A DNA stretch of 63,026 nt, filler included, from Octopus bimaculoides (Eukaryota): NCBI RefSeq assembly GCF_001194135.2. It is 5 parts of 5 records of this genome, joined end to end, with 100 filler letters (N's around TTAATTAATTAA, not from the genome) between each part and the next. Parts side by side here need not be neighbours in the genome. Positions count along the whole stretch, not along the records: positions 1 to 29,332 come from NC_069004.1; positions 29,433 to 42,959 come from NC_068989.1; 3 more parts are not named here. One strand, written 5' to 3'. The notes beneath the pieces are model-generated. The model was given only the letters and a program-made list of their open reading frames with translations, ran no database searches and was not told the DNA's origin. Below, in pieces: positions 24,031 through 37,903 of this stretch. Every line of letters begins with the position of its first letter. The stretch's first letter is position 1. A program made the translations under genes and the position numbers.

Positions 24031-24770
24031 CTACATTAATTATGGTTCCTACAGACAAAGAGGACGAAGATCTTAGTCTTGTTACTTCTTTCTTCTCATA
24101 TCACTTTTTGCACCAGCCTTCTTCACGTTTTTTTCTTGTCCTTTTTTTCTCATGTTTCTCATAGACCCGCCTCCTGGTTTTTAAATACATCCCCGTTATG
24201 AACTGAATTTCAAAGATTACTTGGAGACACTTGGCATGTTANNNNNNNNNNNNNNNNNNNNNNNNNNNNNNNNNNNNNNNNNNNNNNNNNNNNNNNNNNN
24301 NNNNNNNNNNNNNNNNNNNNNNNNNNNNNNNNNNNNNNNNNNNNNNNNNNNNNNNNNNNNNNNNNNNNNNNNNNNNNNNNNNNNNNNNNNNNNNNNNNNN
24401 NNNNNNNNNNNNNNNNNNNNNNNNNNNNNNNNNNNNNNNNNNNNNNNNNNNNNNNNNNNNNNNNNNNNNNNNNNNNNNNNNNNNNNNNNNNNNNNNNNNN
24501 NNNNNNNNNNNNNNNNNNNNNNNNNNNNNNNNNNNNNNNNNNNNNNNNNNNNNNNNNNNNNNNNNNNNNNNNNNNNNNNNNNNNNNNNNNNNNNNNNNNN
24601 NNNNNNNNNNNNNNNNNNNNNNNNNNNNNNNNNNNNNNNNNNNNNNNNNNNNNNNNNNNNNNNNNNNNNNNNNNNNNNNNNNNNNNNNNNNNNNNNNNNN
24701 NNNNNNNNNNNNNNNNNNNNNNNNNNNNNNNNNNNNNNNNNNNNNNNNNNNNNNNNNNNNNNNNNNNNNN

Positions 24771-24805
<35 letters not shown>

Positions 24806-26383
24806 CATATGCATACGCACGCGTGTGCGCGCACACACACGCGCACGCAGACACAGACACACACACACAGAGACGTATTAACAGAAAAGACGTGTAGATA
24901 AAACTTGGCGTAAGGAATGTATTTATATGGAAAGGAAAATTTCGTATACAAATAAATGTTGCATTCAATTCTTATCTTTACAGCTGCTTTGGATAGTGAT
25001 TGATGCCATAATCATGTATACTAATTATGTCATGAAATCTAATAATATTGTAGGTATGTGGGCTAGCACGGATTTTGAGACACCCGTGAAATGAAATGAT
25101 ATTATCATAATTCGCATCATGGGTCTCTCATACGTCCATATACCTATAAAATTATTGAACCTCATTACATAATATGCAGTTATAGCACCAGTCATTATAT
25201 ATCCGAAACAGCTGTAAAGCTAAGCTTTGATTATATCTTTTATCTGTATAAGCAACTTCATATATGAAAACATTCCTTACACCTACAATCACACGTCTGT
25301 TTTTTCTGTTTCCAAACCCGGTCGACGAAGATCGTTCTTATTGCCGACTGCCGACTCTCTACCTTAGCGCTACATGCTTTGAATGAAGGCGATGGAGCTT
25401 AAGTTTTGGATATAGCTGAGCACTACTTGGTGACTATACTACGCTTATAAATGATGATATATATATATATATATATATATATANNNNNNNNNNNNNNNNN
25501 NNNNNNNNNNNNNNNNNNNNNNNNNNNNNNNNNNNNNNNNNNNNNNNNNNNNNNNNNNNNNNNNNNNNNNNNNNNNNNNNNNNNNNNNNNNNNNNNNNNN
25601 NNNNNNNNNNNNNNNNNNNNNNNNNNNNNNNNNNNNNNNNNNNNNNNNNNNNNNNNNNNNNNNNNNNNNNNNNNNNNNNNNNNNNNNNNNNNNNNNNNNN
25701 NNNNNNNNNNNNNNNNNNNNNNNNNNNNNNNNNNNNNNNNNNNNNNNNNNNNNNNNNNNNNNNNNNNNNNNNNNNNNNNNNNNNNNNNNNNNNNNNNNNN
25801 NNNNNNNNNNNNNNNNNNNNNNNNNNNNNNNNNNNNNNNNNNNNNNNNNNNNNNNNNNNNNNNNNNNNNNNNNNNNNNNNNNNNNNNNNNNNNNNNNNNN
25901 NNNNNNNNNNNNNNNNNNNNNNNNNNNNNNNNNNNNNNNNNNNNNNNNNNNNNNNNNNNNNNNNNNNNNNNNNNNNNNNNNNNNNNNNNNNNNNNNNNNN
26001 NNNNNNNNNNNNNNNNNNNNNNNNNNNNNNNNNNNNNNNNNNNNNNNNNNNNNNNNNNNNNNNNNNNNNNNNNNNNNNNNNNNNNNNNNNNNNNNNNNNN
26101 NNNNNNNNNNNNNNNNNNNNNNNNNNNNNNNNNNNNNNNNNNNNNNNNNNNNNNNNNNNNNNNNNNNNNNNNNNNNNNNNNNNNNNNNNNNNNNNNNNNN
26201 NNNNNNNNNNNNNNNNNNNNNNNNNNNNNNNNNNNNNNNNNNNNNNNNNNNNNNNNNNNNNNNNNNNNNNNNNNNNNNNNNNNNNNNNNNNNNNNNNNNN
26301 NNNNNNNNNNNNNNNNNNNNNNNNNNNNNNNNNNNNNNNNNNNNNNNNNNNNNNNNNNNNNNNNNNNNNNNNNNNNNNNNNNN

Positions 26384-26423
<40 letters not shown>

Positions 26424-26972
26424 CTAGATAGATAGATATGTATATATATTCTGCGACGTTTCCCTTCCGCATATTTGTATATGTATTAGGAATCATTTTC
26501 TTTTATATATGAGTATGTGCGTATGTGTACAGATGTGTGTTGATGTATTTATACGTATATACATGTGTATGTGTGAGTACACGTAGAAAATAAACAAAAG
26601 TGTTTAAAAATATATACATACACATCCACACATGCATAAATGTACATATATTATATATGTATATATATATATGTACAGATATACACACTCACACAGCACA
26701 AATGCTCACACCCATATATGTATTTATATATATACATTTATACATACATGCATACATACATACATACATACATACATGTATATATATATGTGTACGTATA
26801 TATATACATATATATATATATATATACGTATACACACATGCATATATACACACACACATACATACATACATCCATAGGTATAAATATTTATTCGTATACC
26901 GAATATCATACTACAATGTTGTCTGGCTTTTGATATACTTATATTTGTGTTGTTCATATACATGCTTACTGG

Positions 26973-27012
<40 letters not shown>

Positions 27013-27239
27013 NNNNNNNNNNNNNNNNNNNNNNNNNNNNNNNNNNNNNNNNNNNNNNNNNNNNNNNNNNNNNNNNNNNNNNNNNNNNNNNNNNNNNNNN
27101 NNNNNNNNNNNNNNNNNNNNNNNNNNNNNNNCTGGGGATGCGAAATGACATTTGAGGGAAAGTATTTAGTTTATGAAAATCGCTTTGGAAAATAAAATCA
27201 TTAATTTATCCTTAAAAATAATTTTGTTCTTATTAAGTA

Positions 27240-27650
27240 CGAGGTCTGATCAATAAGTATCCGGACTGTTGCCATAGTAACGAAGATAAAACACGCAGAG
27301 TAAAGCCGCCTGGTACAGATTGAGCTTGAACTGCGTTGTACAAGCGCACTAAGTTTTAACGTATTAGCTCACTTCCGCTATTTACAGCAGTGCTTGGAAG
27401 GAAGGTGTGTAGCGTGTGATCGTCGCATTGACCATGACAGAAGAAGTTGTCATGGCGATATCTGCTCAGAGGCCTATAAAAGTTGCTGAAAATGTATGGA
27501 GAGGAGTGTATGAGCCGTAGAAGTGAGCTAGATTGTTAAATCTTAGTTTTAACGTTCTAGCAGCGTTCAAGGCCAACCTGTGTGCTTCACCCTGCGTGCT
27601 TTAGGCTCGTTACTATGGCAACAATCCAGATACTTATTGATCGGACTACG
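27240..27650. mobile_element. Non-autonomous mariner derivative (MITE), TA target site, long TIRs
   Basis: TA|CGAGGTCTGATCAATAAGTATCCGGACTGTTGCCATAGTAACGA ... TCGTTACTATGGCAACAATCCAGATACTTATTGATCGGACTACG|TA. Confidence 0.88.
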
Positions 27651-29062
27651 TATACCCAAAACGTTATTATTCCATAGTGCTTTATGTGGCTGAAATTTTA
27701 AGAGGAACACTTATTAGAAAATTGACATTTTTATCTTTAAATGACGTATTACTTTTGCAGGGAAGGAGTGAAAATTAATCAAGATTTTTCTAGGGGTGAG
27801 GACAAAGAAATGGTTGGGAAATTCTGATCTAGAACAAGTCATGATTTCCAAATAATGATCGTTTTGCGAAAGTCTCTCCAATTACAAACATCATTTTGGA
27901 ATCATGTCTGGCGCCGTCCACTCCTTGTCTCGGTATCTGTCACTCTCTCTCTCTCTTTCCCTCTCTCTTTCCCTCTATTCCTCTCTCATGGTCTCTCTTT
28001 ATCTGTTCCTTCTTCCATCTCTCTTTCCTGTTTTTTTTTGTTTTTACATCATCTCCCTTCATATTACTTTCGTTTATTCTTTCTCAGTCTCTCGCTATCC
28101 TTCCTCTCACTCATTCGTCTCTTTTTCCTTCTCTCAATTCCTTACCCCTTCTCTCTCACAGTTACTCTCCTGTTCTCTTGTTTCAGTCTTCGTTGACAGA
28201 TCGCAGGTGCTGTTGACAGCGGATCACTTACCTTATTCTAAAAAATCCTGTCATTTCCACAGGAATCGGTTTAGATGTTTCCAAAGATAACGAAATACGG
28301 CCGTGCTTCCTTCTTTCACACTGTTCCCCCGCAAAGACACTCATCCTTACTGATTGCCGATACTAAGCTGATTTTTCGTCTAAATTAGGCAGCAACCAAA
28401 AGTATACACAGTGTTGCTACTCATTTTTTTTTCGCGTCTATCAAGACAAACATTCACCCCGAAATATTATGTAAAGTAATATGTAAATGAGTGTCCGTCA
28501 GTTTCGACGGTGAGCAGTCAGTCGTTCAATCGACCTAACTACCTGTTAATTGAAGACACTGGTGGAACCAGTGTGACACAGTATGACAAGGATGGAACTT
28601 TAAATTACAGGTACATTCTGCCCAATGAGTTTTCGAACAATTTCTGTCAACTCAATTTCACTCCCTAGATGAGGCTGTGACAAAAGACTCTGGCTCAAGA
28701 TGCCGCACAATGGTAAAATACATCATAGAACTGGTATTCACTTTATTCCCTTGATGAATGGCCAGAGCTCCACTTCACGTTCCTTTCCTTGTGATACCGA
28801 GTTTCTTCAATTTACCCCATTTTGATTTGTCATCTGGTTTTGTTTTCACTATTATACTTTTAACGGTTGAGTACCATATTTAGCAGTACATGGAGACAAT
28901 ACTTATAAACAATTACTAAAGACTTACGTAAATCGGAGAGACAGATCCGATGATGACGATGATGATGATGATCATCATCGTCGTCTTCGTCGTCGTCGTC
29001 ATCATTATCATCATCATTATTACCACCGTCTTGTGTAAATTGGTCCCTTCGATGAACTTAAG

Positions 29063-29327
29063 TGTTATATGGACTGTTAGATATGTAATTCGTCTGACGT
29101 TCCGTGTGTCATGTGGTTCGTCTGAGTTCATTGTTTCATTGTTGTTGTCTTGTGGGACTGTCGTAGTAAAATGTCATTGATATATATATGGCGGACATGA
29201 CTTTTGTTTATTCATAACGAACATTGGGTGAGTGCGTTCTTTGTATGTAATTGAACAATAAATGTAATAATTAAATTGTATAACTCGTTATGTTATCTCT
29301 GCGAGTCAGTCCGAGGGAAACATAACA
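29063..29327 (+). mobile_element. Solo LTR, 265 bp
   Basis: TGTTAT...ATAACA termini, identical 5-bp TSD TTAAG at 29058-29062 and 29328-29332, internal TATA-like tract followed by AATAAA. Confidence 0.75.
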
Positions 29328-29432
29328 TTAAGNNNNNNNNNNNNNNNNNNNNNNNNNNNNNNNNNNNNNNNNNNNNTTAATTAATTAANNNNNNNNNNNN
29401 NNNNNNNNNNNNNNNNNNNNNNNNNNNNNNNN

Positions 29433-29497
<65 letters not shown>

Positions 29498-29671
29498 GTG
29501 TATATATCTATATATATGTATATATATAAATAATATATCTGTATATATATATGTGTATATATTTATGTATGTATATATAAATATACTTATATATATATAA
29601 ATATGTATACATATGTATGTATATATATATATGTATATATGCATATATCTGTATACATATGTATATGTATA

Positions 29672-30029
29672 TACTCTTTTACTTGTTTCAGTCATTTTGA
29701 CTGCGGCCATGCTGGAGCACCGCCTTTAGTCGAGCAAATCGACCCCAGGACTTATTCTTTGGAAGCCTAGTACTTATTCTATCGGTCTCTTTTGCCGAAC
29801 CGCTAAGTTACGGGGACGTGAACACACCACCATCGGTTGTCAAGCGATGGTGGGGGTGGGAGGGCAAACACAGACACACAAACACATACGACAGGCTTCT
29901 TTCAGTTTCCGTCTACCAAATCCATTCACAAGGCTTTTGTCGGCCCGAGGCTATAGTAGAAGGCGCCACGCTGTGGGACTGAACCCGGAACCATGTGGTT
30001 GGTAAGCAAGCTACTTACCACACAGCCAC
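29672..30029 (-). mobile_element. SINE family A, full length, CpG-retaining
   Basis: TACTCTTTTACTTGTTTCAGTC...GCGGCCATGCTGGAGCACCGCC...ACCACACAGCCAC. Confidence 0.92.
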
Positions 30030-30714
30030 ATATATATGTGTATGTATATATGTATATATNNNNNNNNNNNNNNNNNNNNNNNNNNNNNNNNNNNNNNNNN
30101 NNNNNNNNNNNNNNNNNNNNNNNNNNNNNNNNNNNNNNNNNNNNNNNNNNNNNNNNNNNNNNNNNNNNNNNNNNNNNNNNNNNNNNNNNNNNNNNNNNNN
30201 NNNNNNNNNNNNNNNNNNNNNNNNNNNNNNNNNNNNNNNNNNNNNNNNNNNNNNNNNNNNNNNNNNNNNNNNNNNNNNNNNNNNNNNNNNNNNNNNNNNN
30301 NNNNNNNNNNNNNNNNNNNNNNNNNNNNNNNNNNNNNNNNNNNNNNNNNNNNNNNNNNNNNNNNNNNNNNNNNNNNNNNNNNNNNNNNNNNNNNNNNNNN
30401 NNNNNNNNNNNNNNNNNNNNNNNNNNNNNNNNNNNNNNNNNNNNNNNNNNNNNNNNNNNNNNNNNNNNNNNNNNNNNNNNNNNNNNNNNNNNNNNNNNNN
30501 NNNNNNNNNNNNNNNNNNNNNNNNNNNNNNNNNNNNNNNNNNNNNNNNNNNNNNNNNNNNNNNNNNNNNNNNNNNNNNNNNNNNNNNNNNNNNNNNNNNN
30601 NNNNNNNNNNNNNNNNNNNNNNNNNNNNNNNNNNNNNNNNNNNNNNNNNNNNNNNNNNNNNNNNNNNNNNNNNNNNNNNNNNNNNNNNNNNNNNNNNNNN
30701 NNNNNNNNNNNNNN

Positions 30715-30749
<35 letters not shown>

Positions 30750-31544
30750 AAAATTCTGAATCGGGATCCGAAACCCAATCGGACTTGATTCGCCAGGAGT
30801 TTTACATCATACTCCCCACAACAACCACCTAAAGAAAGTAGGAACAAATAAATGGAATACAGAAAACAACGGAAAAAATTGGGACGTGTGGTGGAAAAAT
30901 ATTATATAAATATGTGTCTACGTTTGCGTTGTCATCTTAAATTTCTAAGTTTTCTGTAATATTTAAATTTCATCACATGGTATTCCTCTCTAAAATTTGA
31001 ACTGTGGAATTTACTCTTAAAGCTTTGATAATTGAGATAAACAATCAAAAGAAATTCCTCGCGTACATGCTTCTCTGTATATACGGGAATGTGTATGTGT
31101 GTGTGTGAATATATATGCACATGAATGGACGTAGGCTGGGAATTTCAACATTTACATAAACGCCCTCATGTCGTTTAGTTCTTTTTCGTTGTACACCATT
31201 ATTATATACAGGTTGTATTTTCATCAGTGATGTAATCTAGCAATTCCTACAGAAAGGACTCTTGTATTTTCTGACGGTTATATTCGATCGTTTTCTTTCA
31301 TTTATATAATTAATCTTTTTTCACCAATCGGCCTAATTCTTTCCTTTGTTTCCAGAATTCCATTTATTGTACCTACTTTATTTAGATTAAAAGTAGGAGG
31401 TAAAACACCCGGCGAAAGGAAGTTGATTAGGTTTCAAATCCCGGTTGGAGAATTTTCGCTGTTCCTATATTAATAATTCTCTCTCAGGAAACGCTTCCAG
31501 TTTCCAATTTGAACTCAAAAGTAATTGGTTTCTTTTCATATCCC

Positions 31545-31720
31545 ATCTCTATCTATTGTCTTCAGATCAAAGACGGCGCTGAAATCGCCACCATCCAGTC
31601 TTTAGGTGCGTCTTAGATTACATTGTCCAGTGTGTGTGTTTGTTTTGTAAGAAAATAACGCGTACGTCAACTGTGATTTAGCTGCTGTTTCTAGTAGGTC
31701 AAGCGACCATACAGAGGCTT
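31545..31720 (-). mobile_element. Old SINE-like family C remnant, with a second remnant at ~32200-32380
   Basis: GATTTAGCTGCTGTTTCTAGTAGGTC is the reverse complement of the CTGCTAGAAATAGCAG motif seen at 40620-41308. Confidence 0.5.
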
Positions 31721-32815
31721 CTTATTTGGTACATTTACCGTCAGTCATAATTACAGCTGATTCTTATCGATTCCTTTCGACTAGGCGCTAGGCTAGATTT
31801 TGTCCTAATAACGTACAATTCTTCCCCGATCAACTAATTATATGGGTTTATCTCGTGCACAAAAGGTTCTCTGGAATTCGGTACAAGTGAGAAGAAAAGT
31901 TTTAAGTTCTGTTAATATATTGAGGATGTTATCCTACTGAATCGGTCAAATTTTGTTACATTTCCTTTTTTTTTTTATTTATTTGAATTAAAAATCATAT
32001 TAACGTGTCTACCAACTACTTTTGAAATCTGTCGTCTGGTCGTTGCTCTCTATTCGCTTGATTTCGGTTGGAATGAAAGAAAGAAAAAAAGAACATTTGG
32101 TTATGAAGATAGTTGAGAAATATATTCTAGTCGTCAATGCATGTGGTGTGCGTAGACGTTATACCATGTTGTGATAATTTCACATGTTGAAACCTGATAG
32201 TTTCTGCTTAGTCCCTGGTTAGCCCGATCAAAGACGTTCCGAGTGGTGACCATCCCGTTATTTTTTTATTTTCATATAATGTATTGAAGACCGCGCTATC
32301 TATGATACTTACAACAGTAGGATGTGTTTAAAGCGATATTTGGCTGTTAGTTTTAGCAGATCTAGAAGTTCCCCTCTCTCGAAGTTTGATTGTTATAATT
32401 TGGTCGACAGTTCAACGCAACAGTAGTTCAGTTTTCTTTCATTCCAAGTAAACATTTAACACGTTTTCATTAGTGTCAAGTCTCTTCTCCTCTCTCTCCT
32501 TTTCCCTCTTTCTTATATCATACATCACATTCATGTATAATATCTATATTATATGGTTCTGGAGGTGAATGGCAGGTCAGTAGAATGCCGCTTGGACACG
32601 AGGCTTGGGTTGATCAACCAAGGCCGGGTCGCGTAGATCAATCAATCAAGGTTTACGTTGGAGAACCCAAAACACTGAATGACCTCAGGATACAACACTG
32701 ACAATATGCCCAAATACTGCATCTGTAAGAGCATGTTGTTGGACTTAAACGTGTGTGTGTGTGTCTGCTGTAGTGAATTACATGCCATTTCAAAATCTAT
32801 TTTTTCCAAATAATA

Positions 32816-32882
<67 letters not shown>

Positions 32883-33671
32883 NNNNNNNNNNNNNNNNNN
32901 NNNNNNNNNNNNNNNNNNNNNNNNNNNNNNNNNNNNNNNNNNNNNNNNNNNNNNNNNNNNNNNNNNNNNNNNNNNNNNNNNNNNNNNNNNNNNNNNNNNN
33001 NNNNNNNNNNNNNNNNNNNNNNNNNNNNNNNNNNNNNNNNNNNNNNNNNNNNNNNNNNNNNNNNNNNNNNNNNNNNNNNNNNNNNNNNNNNNNNNNNNNN
33101 NNNNNNNNNNNNNNNNNNNNNNNNNNNNNNNNNCACACATATTATTTCGTAAATGAAATAAAATCTTTTTTGGCAAGAGAGAGAGAGAAAAAAAAACGCT
33201 TTTTGTTTAGATTTATCGCTGATACATGAAGAAAGCAACGAAAGATGAAAATGATAGTGATGTTGACGATAATGTTGTTAATAATAATAAAAAGAATCGT
33301 AATAATAATAATTCTGCGTGCATTTCTTTTTATTTTCTCACAACATTCATTACCGATGTGACCTACTGACATATTGCTCCTACGTAATCCCGCCGCCCCC
33401 ATCATACTAACTACTAGACTGATGAATGAATAAAATTCATTCATCATACTGCGGTGAATTCTTATTCAATAGTAAAAATAATGATAATAAAAATCTTTAG
33501 TTATGTTGCATAATTTTATACAGAAGTTTTATTTAACTTCTGTGCATGTTTGTAAACTGACTGTCTGCCGGCATAGTTAAATCTGAATAGTTGTGCGTGT
33601 GTGAGTCGTGTATGTATGAAAATATATGTGTTTGAGCGTATGCCGACGGATCTCACTCTCTTTCTAGATAG

Positions 33672-33745
<74 letters not shown>

Positions 33746-34149
33746 CATCCATCCATCCATCCACACACGCACACACGTGTTTGCTGTGTGTGGGGGAGTG
33801 ATTTTTCTTTTATACGTTTCATTAAAATACACGACCATGTTTCAGTTTTATCTTTTTATTATAGATTTTTCGTATGAATTTTTATAGTTAGCTCGAAACA
33901 ATGAAGGGTTTCTATCGATTTCGACGTTGAGAATTATGCTGATAGACTGAATTTACGATATGTGCTCCCTTAACCTTCATATTCAGGCACAGTCATCATG
34001 ACTCTCTATGACAAGGCTGCATTTTTGAATAACAAGTACTATCTACCCAATGGGCTTCTTTACGGTTTCAGAGAATTTCATTGAACTCGCACGGTATGGT
34101 TTGATCTGAAACTGTTAAAAAAAAAAAAAGCAAGCAAGAAAGAAAAAGA

Positions 34150-34230
34150 CGTTCGTCCAAGATTCTGTGTATTGGGATTGAACGCATGACCTCACGGTTG
34201 CAAGGCAAACTTCTTGACCATTCGGTCATA
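34150..34230 (-). mobile_element. tRNA-derived SINE head fragment
   Basis: Minus strand TGACCGAATGGTCAAG (A-box) and GCGTTCAATCCC (B-box). Confidence 0.6.
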
Positions 34231-34334
34231 TCTTCATCATCATCGGTTTGACAGAATTTACTGAGAGAGATTTTCTGTGGCTAGATACTATCACCAGTTT
34301 CTAAACAAGGTATACATACATGTGTATATATACA

Positions 34335-35060
34335 TTAAGTTGTTAGATAGATTTCTTCATTTTTTAAAATCATTTATTTCAGCCCTTGTTTAGCAATTTT
34401 AGATCACTCAATAGTTGTATTCTCCTTCATCATTCACAACTTCTTGCCAATGTTCCACTAATTTGTCGATGCCTTGACGGTTGGAATCATCTTGACTTGA
34501 AGAATTCATTGAGCCACATTTTCAACGGGGAGAAATAAAAAAAATAATGGCGATAATCTGAAGACGCTATACCAGGAAAATGCAGAGGATGCAGTAGAGC
34601 TTCCAAACCAAGCTCTTGAATAGCATTTTTGGTCAAATTAGCAACATGGGCATAAGGAAGAAACATGAAGTGTTGCCAGTCATATCATTTGGACATTACC
34701 CAATGGTGTGACAGTGATGGGTAATGATATCATAAGAGCATCCCATCTGCTGGGTCAGTTCCCTTGTAAATTAATATGGATCCTCATGGATGAGATTATT
34801 CAATCAATCTTCATTGAACTGAACATGATTGCTGGAATGTGGAGAGTTTGTGAGATTGAATTTCCTCCTTGAAGCATGAAAAAACCCCCACTTCTGTGCA
34901 GTTTTTTTAATAATAGCACCTTCTCCATACATAGTACAAATGCTTCCAGTGGCCTGGGAAAATTTAGAACATTGACTGAAAGCAAAAAGAAGCGGGTGTC
35001 AAAAATGTTCATTGTTTTTCTACTTGGCACTCCATTGCTGTATGTCTGAAAAGAGGTAAA
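34335..35060 (-). mobile_element. Mariner transposon, internally deleted and CpG-decayed
   Basis: ATG at 35035: MECQVEK...MYGEGAI..TAQKW...FNED.LNNLIHEDP; then HVANLTKNAIQELG...SSDY; WLNEFF; GIDKLVEHWQEVVNDEGEY. TIR-like end near 34335. Confidence 0.85.
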
Positions 35061-35472
35061 ATTTGTTTCAAATTTAAAAAATGATGAAGTTGCAGAGGAA
35101 GAATAGAGCTACAAAAAAAATAAAATAAATCAATAAAACTCTGATAAAAATATTTTGCATATTAATTCAAATATCATTACAAAGAAATGAATGAATTTCT
35201 CTGACAACCCAAAACATATCTATATGTGTGTATATATACATATTTGTATATGTGTATATATACATGTATAATATAATATAGGATAAAATCTTTATAAGAA
35301 TTTATCAAGTAGTCAGCGTGAAAAAAACCTCATAATGAAATATATATATATATATATATAATATAATATAGGATAAAATCTTTATAAGAATTTATCAAGT
35401 AGTCAGCGTGAAAAAAACCTCATAATGAAAAAAAATTCATCAATTTTTTCCATAAATATATATGCCCTTTAT

Positions 35473-35509
<37 letters not shown>

Positions 35510-35512
35510 ATA

Positions 35513-35895
35513 ATGGGTCACTTGCATTTGATGATGCTGCAAAGAGAGAGACTTGGAGATGTCACTATGCAAGGTTGCTAAATGAAGAGAATGAATAGGA
35601 GAAAGAGAGTCTGCCAAATGTCAACCCAACAGAGGGACCAGCTATCCGAATTGACAGTACCTTGGTAGATAAAGCAATTAAGGGTATGAAGACAGGGAAA
35701 GCCCTTGGCCCATCAGGAATCACTGCTGAGACGCTTAAAATATCTGGCGGTGTAGGCTATAGTCTAGTCACCCATATAGTTAACCAGGTGATACACGGAG
35801 TCATACCCAATGACTGGTGTAGCGGCACCATAGTCAACTGCTACAAAGGTAAAGGTGATGCCTTAGATAGAAATAATTACAGAGGTATCAAATTG
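35513..35895 (+). mobile_element. RTE-clade LINE fragment (pre-RT region), cut by a gap
   Basis: KAIKGMKTGKALGPSGITAE...PNDWCSGTIVNCYKGKGDALDRNNYRGIKL, with few disablements. Confidence 0.9.
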
Positions 35896-36799
35896 NNNNN
35901 NNNNNNNNNNNNNNNNNNNNNNNNNNNNNNNNNNNNNNNNNNNNNNNNNNNNNNNNNNNNNNNNNNNNNNNNNNNNNNNNNNNNNNNNNNNNNNNNNNNN
36001 NNNAGAGAGAGAGAGAGAGAGAGAGAGAAATGGAGAAGGCAGACAAATGTACAAGATGTTATTTAAATCATTTATATCACCAACATATATGTTTCAGTAG
36101 ACAGATTAAAATTAATCTGGGAGCAAAAATTCAGAAACAAAATGTAGGTCAATCAACAAATTCCCAGATGCAAAATTTTTAACGTATTTTAAAAAATACA
36201 CATACATCAATACATTATAATATAGATCAATATATTTATATATATAAAAGTACCACATATAAATATATAGATAAAAGTATAGATTAAAAGAATGTAAAAA
36301 TATTTGAGGTGTAAATAAGATAAAAAAGTACTTTTATATATTATAGTTCTATTGGTCTGTATTAAAATGGTGTGTATTTTTTAAAATATGTTTAAAATTT
36401 TGTGTCAGGGAATTTGTTGATTGACTTTGAAAACATGAGGTAATCGCAACAAGGGCTTTAGGTCATAGAAAATCTGCTCCAATAAATTTCATCTGACCCA
36501 TACAAGCAAAGAAAAGTGGACGTTAAAATGACGATGATGACTACTATAATGGTTTTATTCTTACACTCTCAGGAGTGCATGAGTTAGGCAAACTAGAATC
36601 AGCAGAGTTATCTGCCTTGCTTATGGGCACAATACAGTGCTTGGTGTAAACTTTGTACCTTTGTCAAGCACTTTAACCTCACAGCTAGTGTGACTCTTTC
36701 ACAAAATACAACCTAAAATTAGTGATAACCTTCTACCAATATTCCATGTTAATTTATGTTTTAAACTCCAGCTGAATAAAGATAAATTTATGTTTTTAA

Positions 36800-37178
36800 C
36801 AGGCACAGGTGTATGGTTATGAAGCTCACTTTGTAACCATATGGTTTTGGGTTCAGTTCCACAACGTGGCGCTATGGGCAAGTGTCTTCTATTGTAGCTC
36901 TCTGGGCTGATCAGTGCTTTGTGAATGAATTCCATTGATGCAAGCTGTGTGGAAACCCATCATGCATATATATGTGAGTGTATGTGTTGATTGCCCATCA
37001 CTGCTTGACAACCAGTGTTGGTTTGATTATGTCCTTGTGGTTTGGCAAGAGAAACTGATAGAATAAGTACTAAACTTTAAAAAACATGTTATAAGTACTC
37101 GAGCCAGTTTGTTTGATTAAACCCTTCAAGGCAGTGCCCCAGCATGGTCACAGTCCAATAACTGAAACCAGTAAAAGA
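36800..37178 (+). mobile_element. SINE family A, old and CpG-decayed copy
   Basis: Head GGGTTCAGTTCC and tail CTTCAAGGCAGTGCCCCAGCATGGTCACAGTC. Confidence 0.75.
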
Positions 37179-37182
37179 TTAT

Positions 37183-37388
37183 TTAACTCTTTAGCATTTA
37201 AACCGGCTATATCCAACCAAAATATTCTACCAAAACATTCAAAATATTCTATGTTCAAAGTGGCCAGATGTGGTCTCTCACACCAACCCTACAATCTTAA
37301 AGCTACAAGATAATGCATGATTAATTCAAATCAATGTGAACAAAAAATCATTGCTTTCAACAGAATAATGTGAATGCTAAAGGGTTCA
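37183..37388. mobile_element. MITE with TTAACYCTTTAGCATT termini
   Basis: TTAACTCTTTAGCATT ... AATGCTAAAGGGTT. Confidence 0.7.
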
Positions 37389-37903
37389 AAATTAATTGGG
37401 TCAAACAGTATATTTCAACAGAAATATGGTGGCAAAAAGGTTGACTTGCACAAAAGGTAGAACACAGATTAACTGTGACAGTGGCTGGGTAAAGAAGATG
37501 AACTACAGTGATATAGTGTAGTATAATGTAGTTAGTATGGTTTTGTGATACCAATAGGTGATAAAGGCTATAAAAAAGACATGAACTGTTTGTAGTGGAA
37601 GCTCTCTTAGATACAAAAAAACTGACAATACTAAACTTAAATTATTCCAATAATTGATGTGAGAATATTGTCAAAATATTTGTTCTCATCAATGGAGTTG
37701 ATTAAAAAAAAACTCCGGAAAGGTGTTTGTATGTCTGAATAATGTCTATTATATACTTTTGTATCTTTTATCAGATATATATTCTATAAACAATATATGT
37801 ATATAATTGGAAAGCTAATTTATCAAATGTAGGTTATGCGACTGAACATCAATCTAATTTGGTAACATCTGGTGAAAAACTGTTAAAATGGTTTATAATT
37901 TCT

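Noticed and set aside
29377-29388. TTAATTAATTAA embedded in N runs (also at 43004-43015, 56464-56475 and 59722-59733)
   Set aside because: Identical 12-mer centred in ~100-nt gaps, giving stops in all six frames. This is a scaffolding linker, not biology.
31566-31605. Exon-like 40-nt segment (IKDGAEIATIQSL)
   Set aside because: It lies within an antisense family C SINE remnant, so the splice-like sites are probably repeat-derived.
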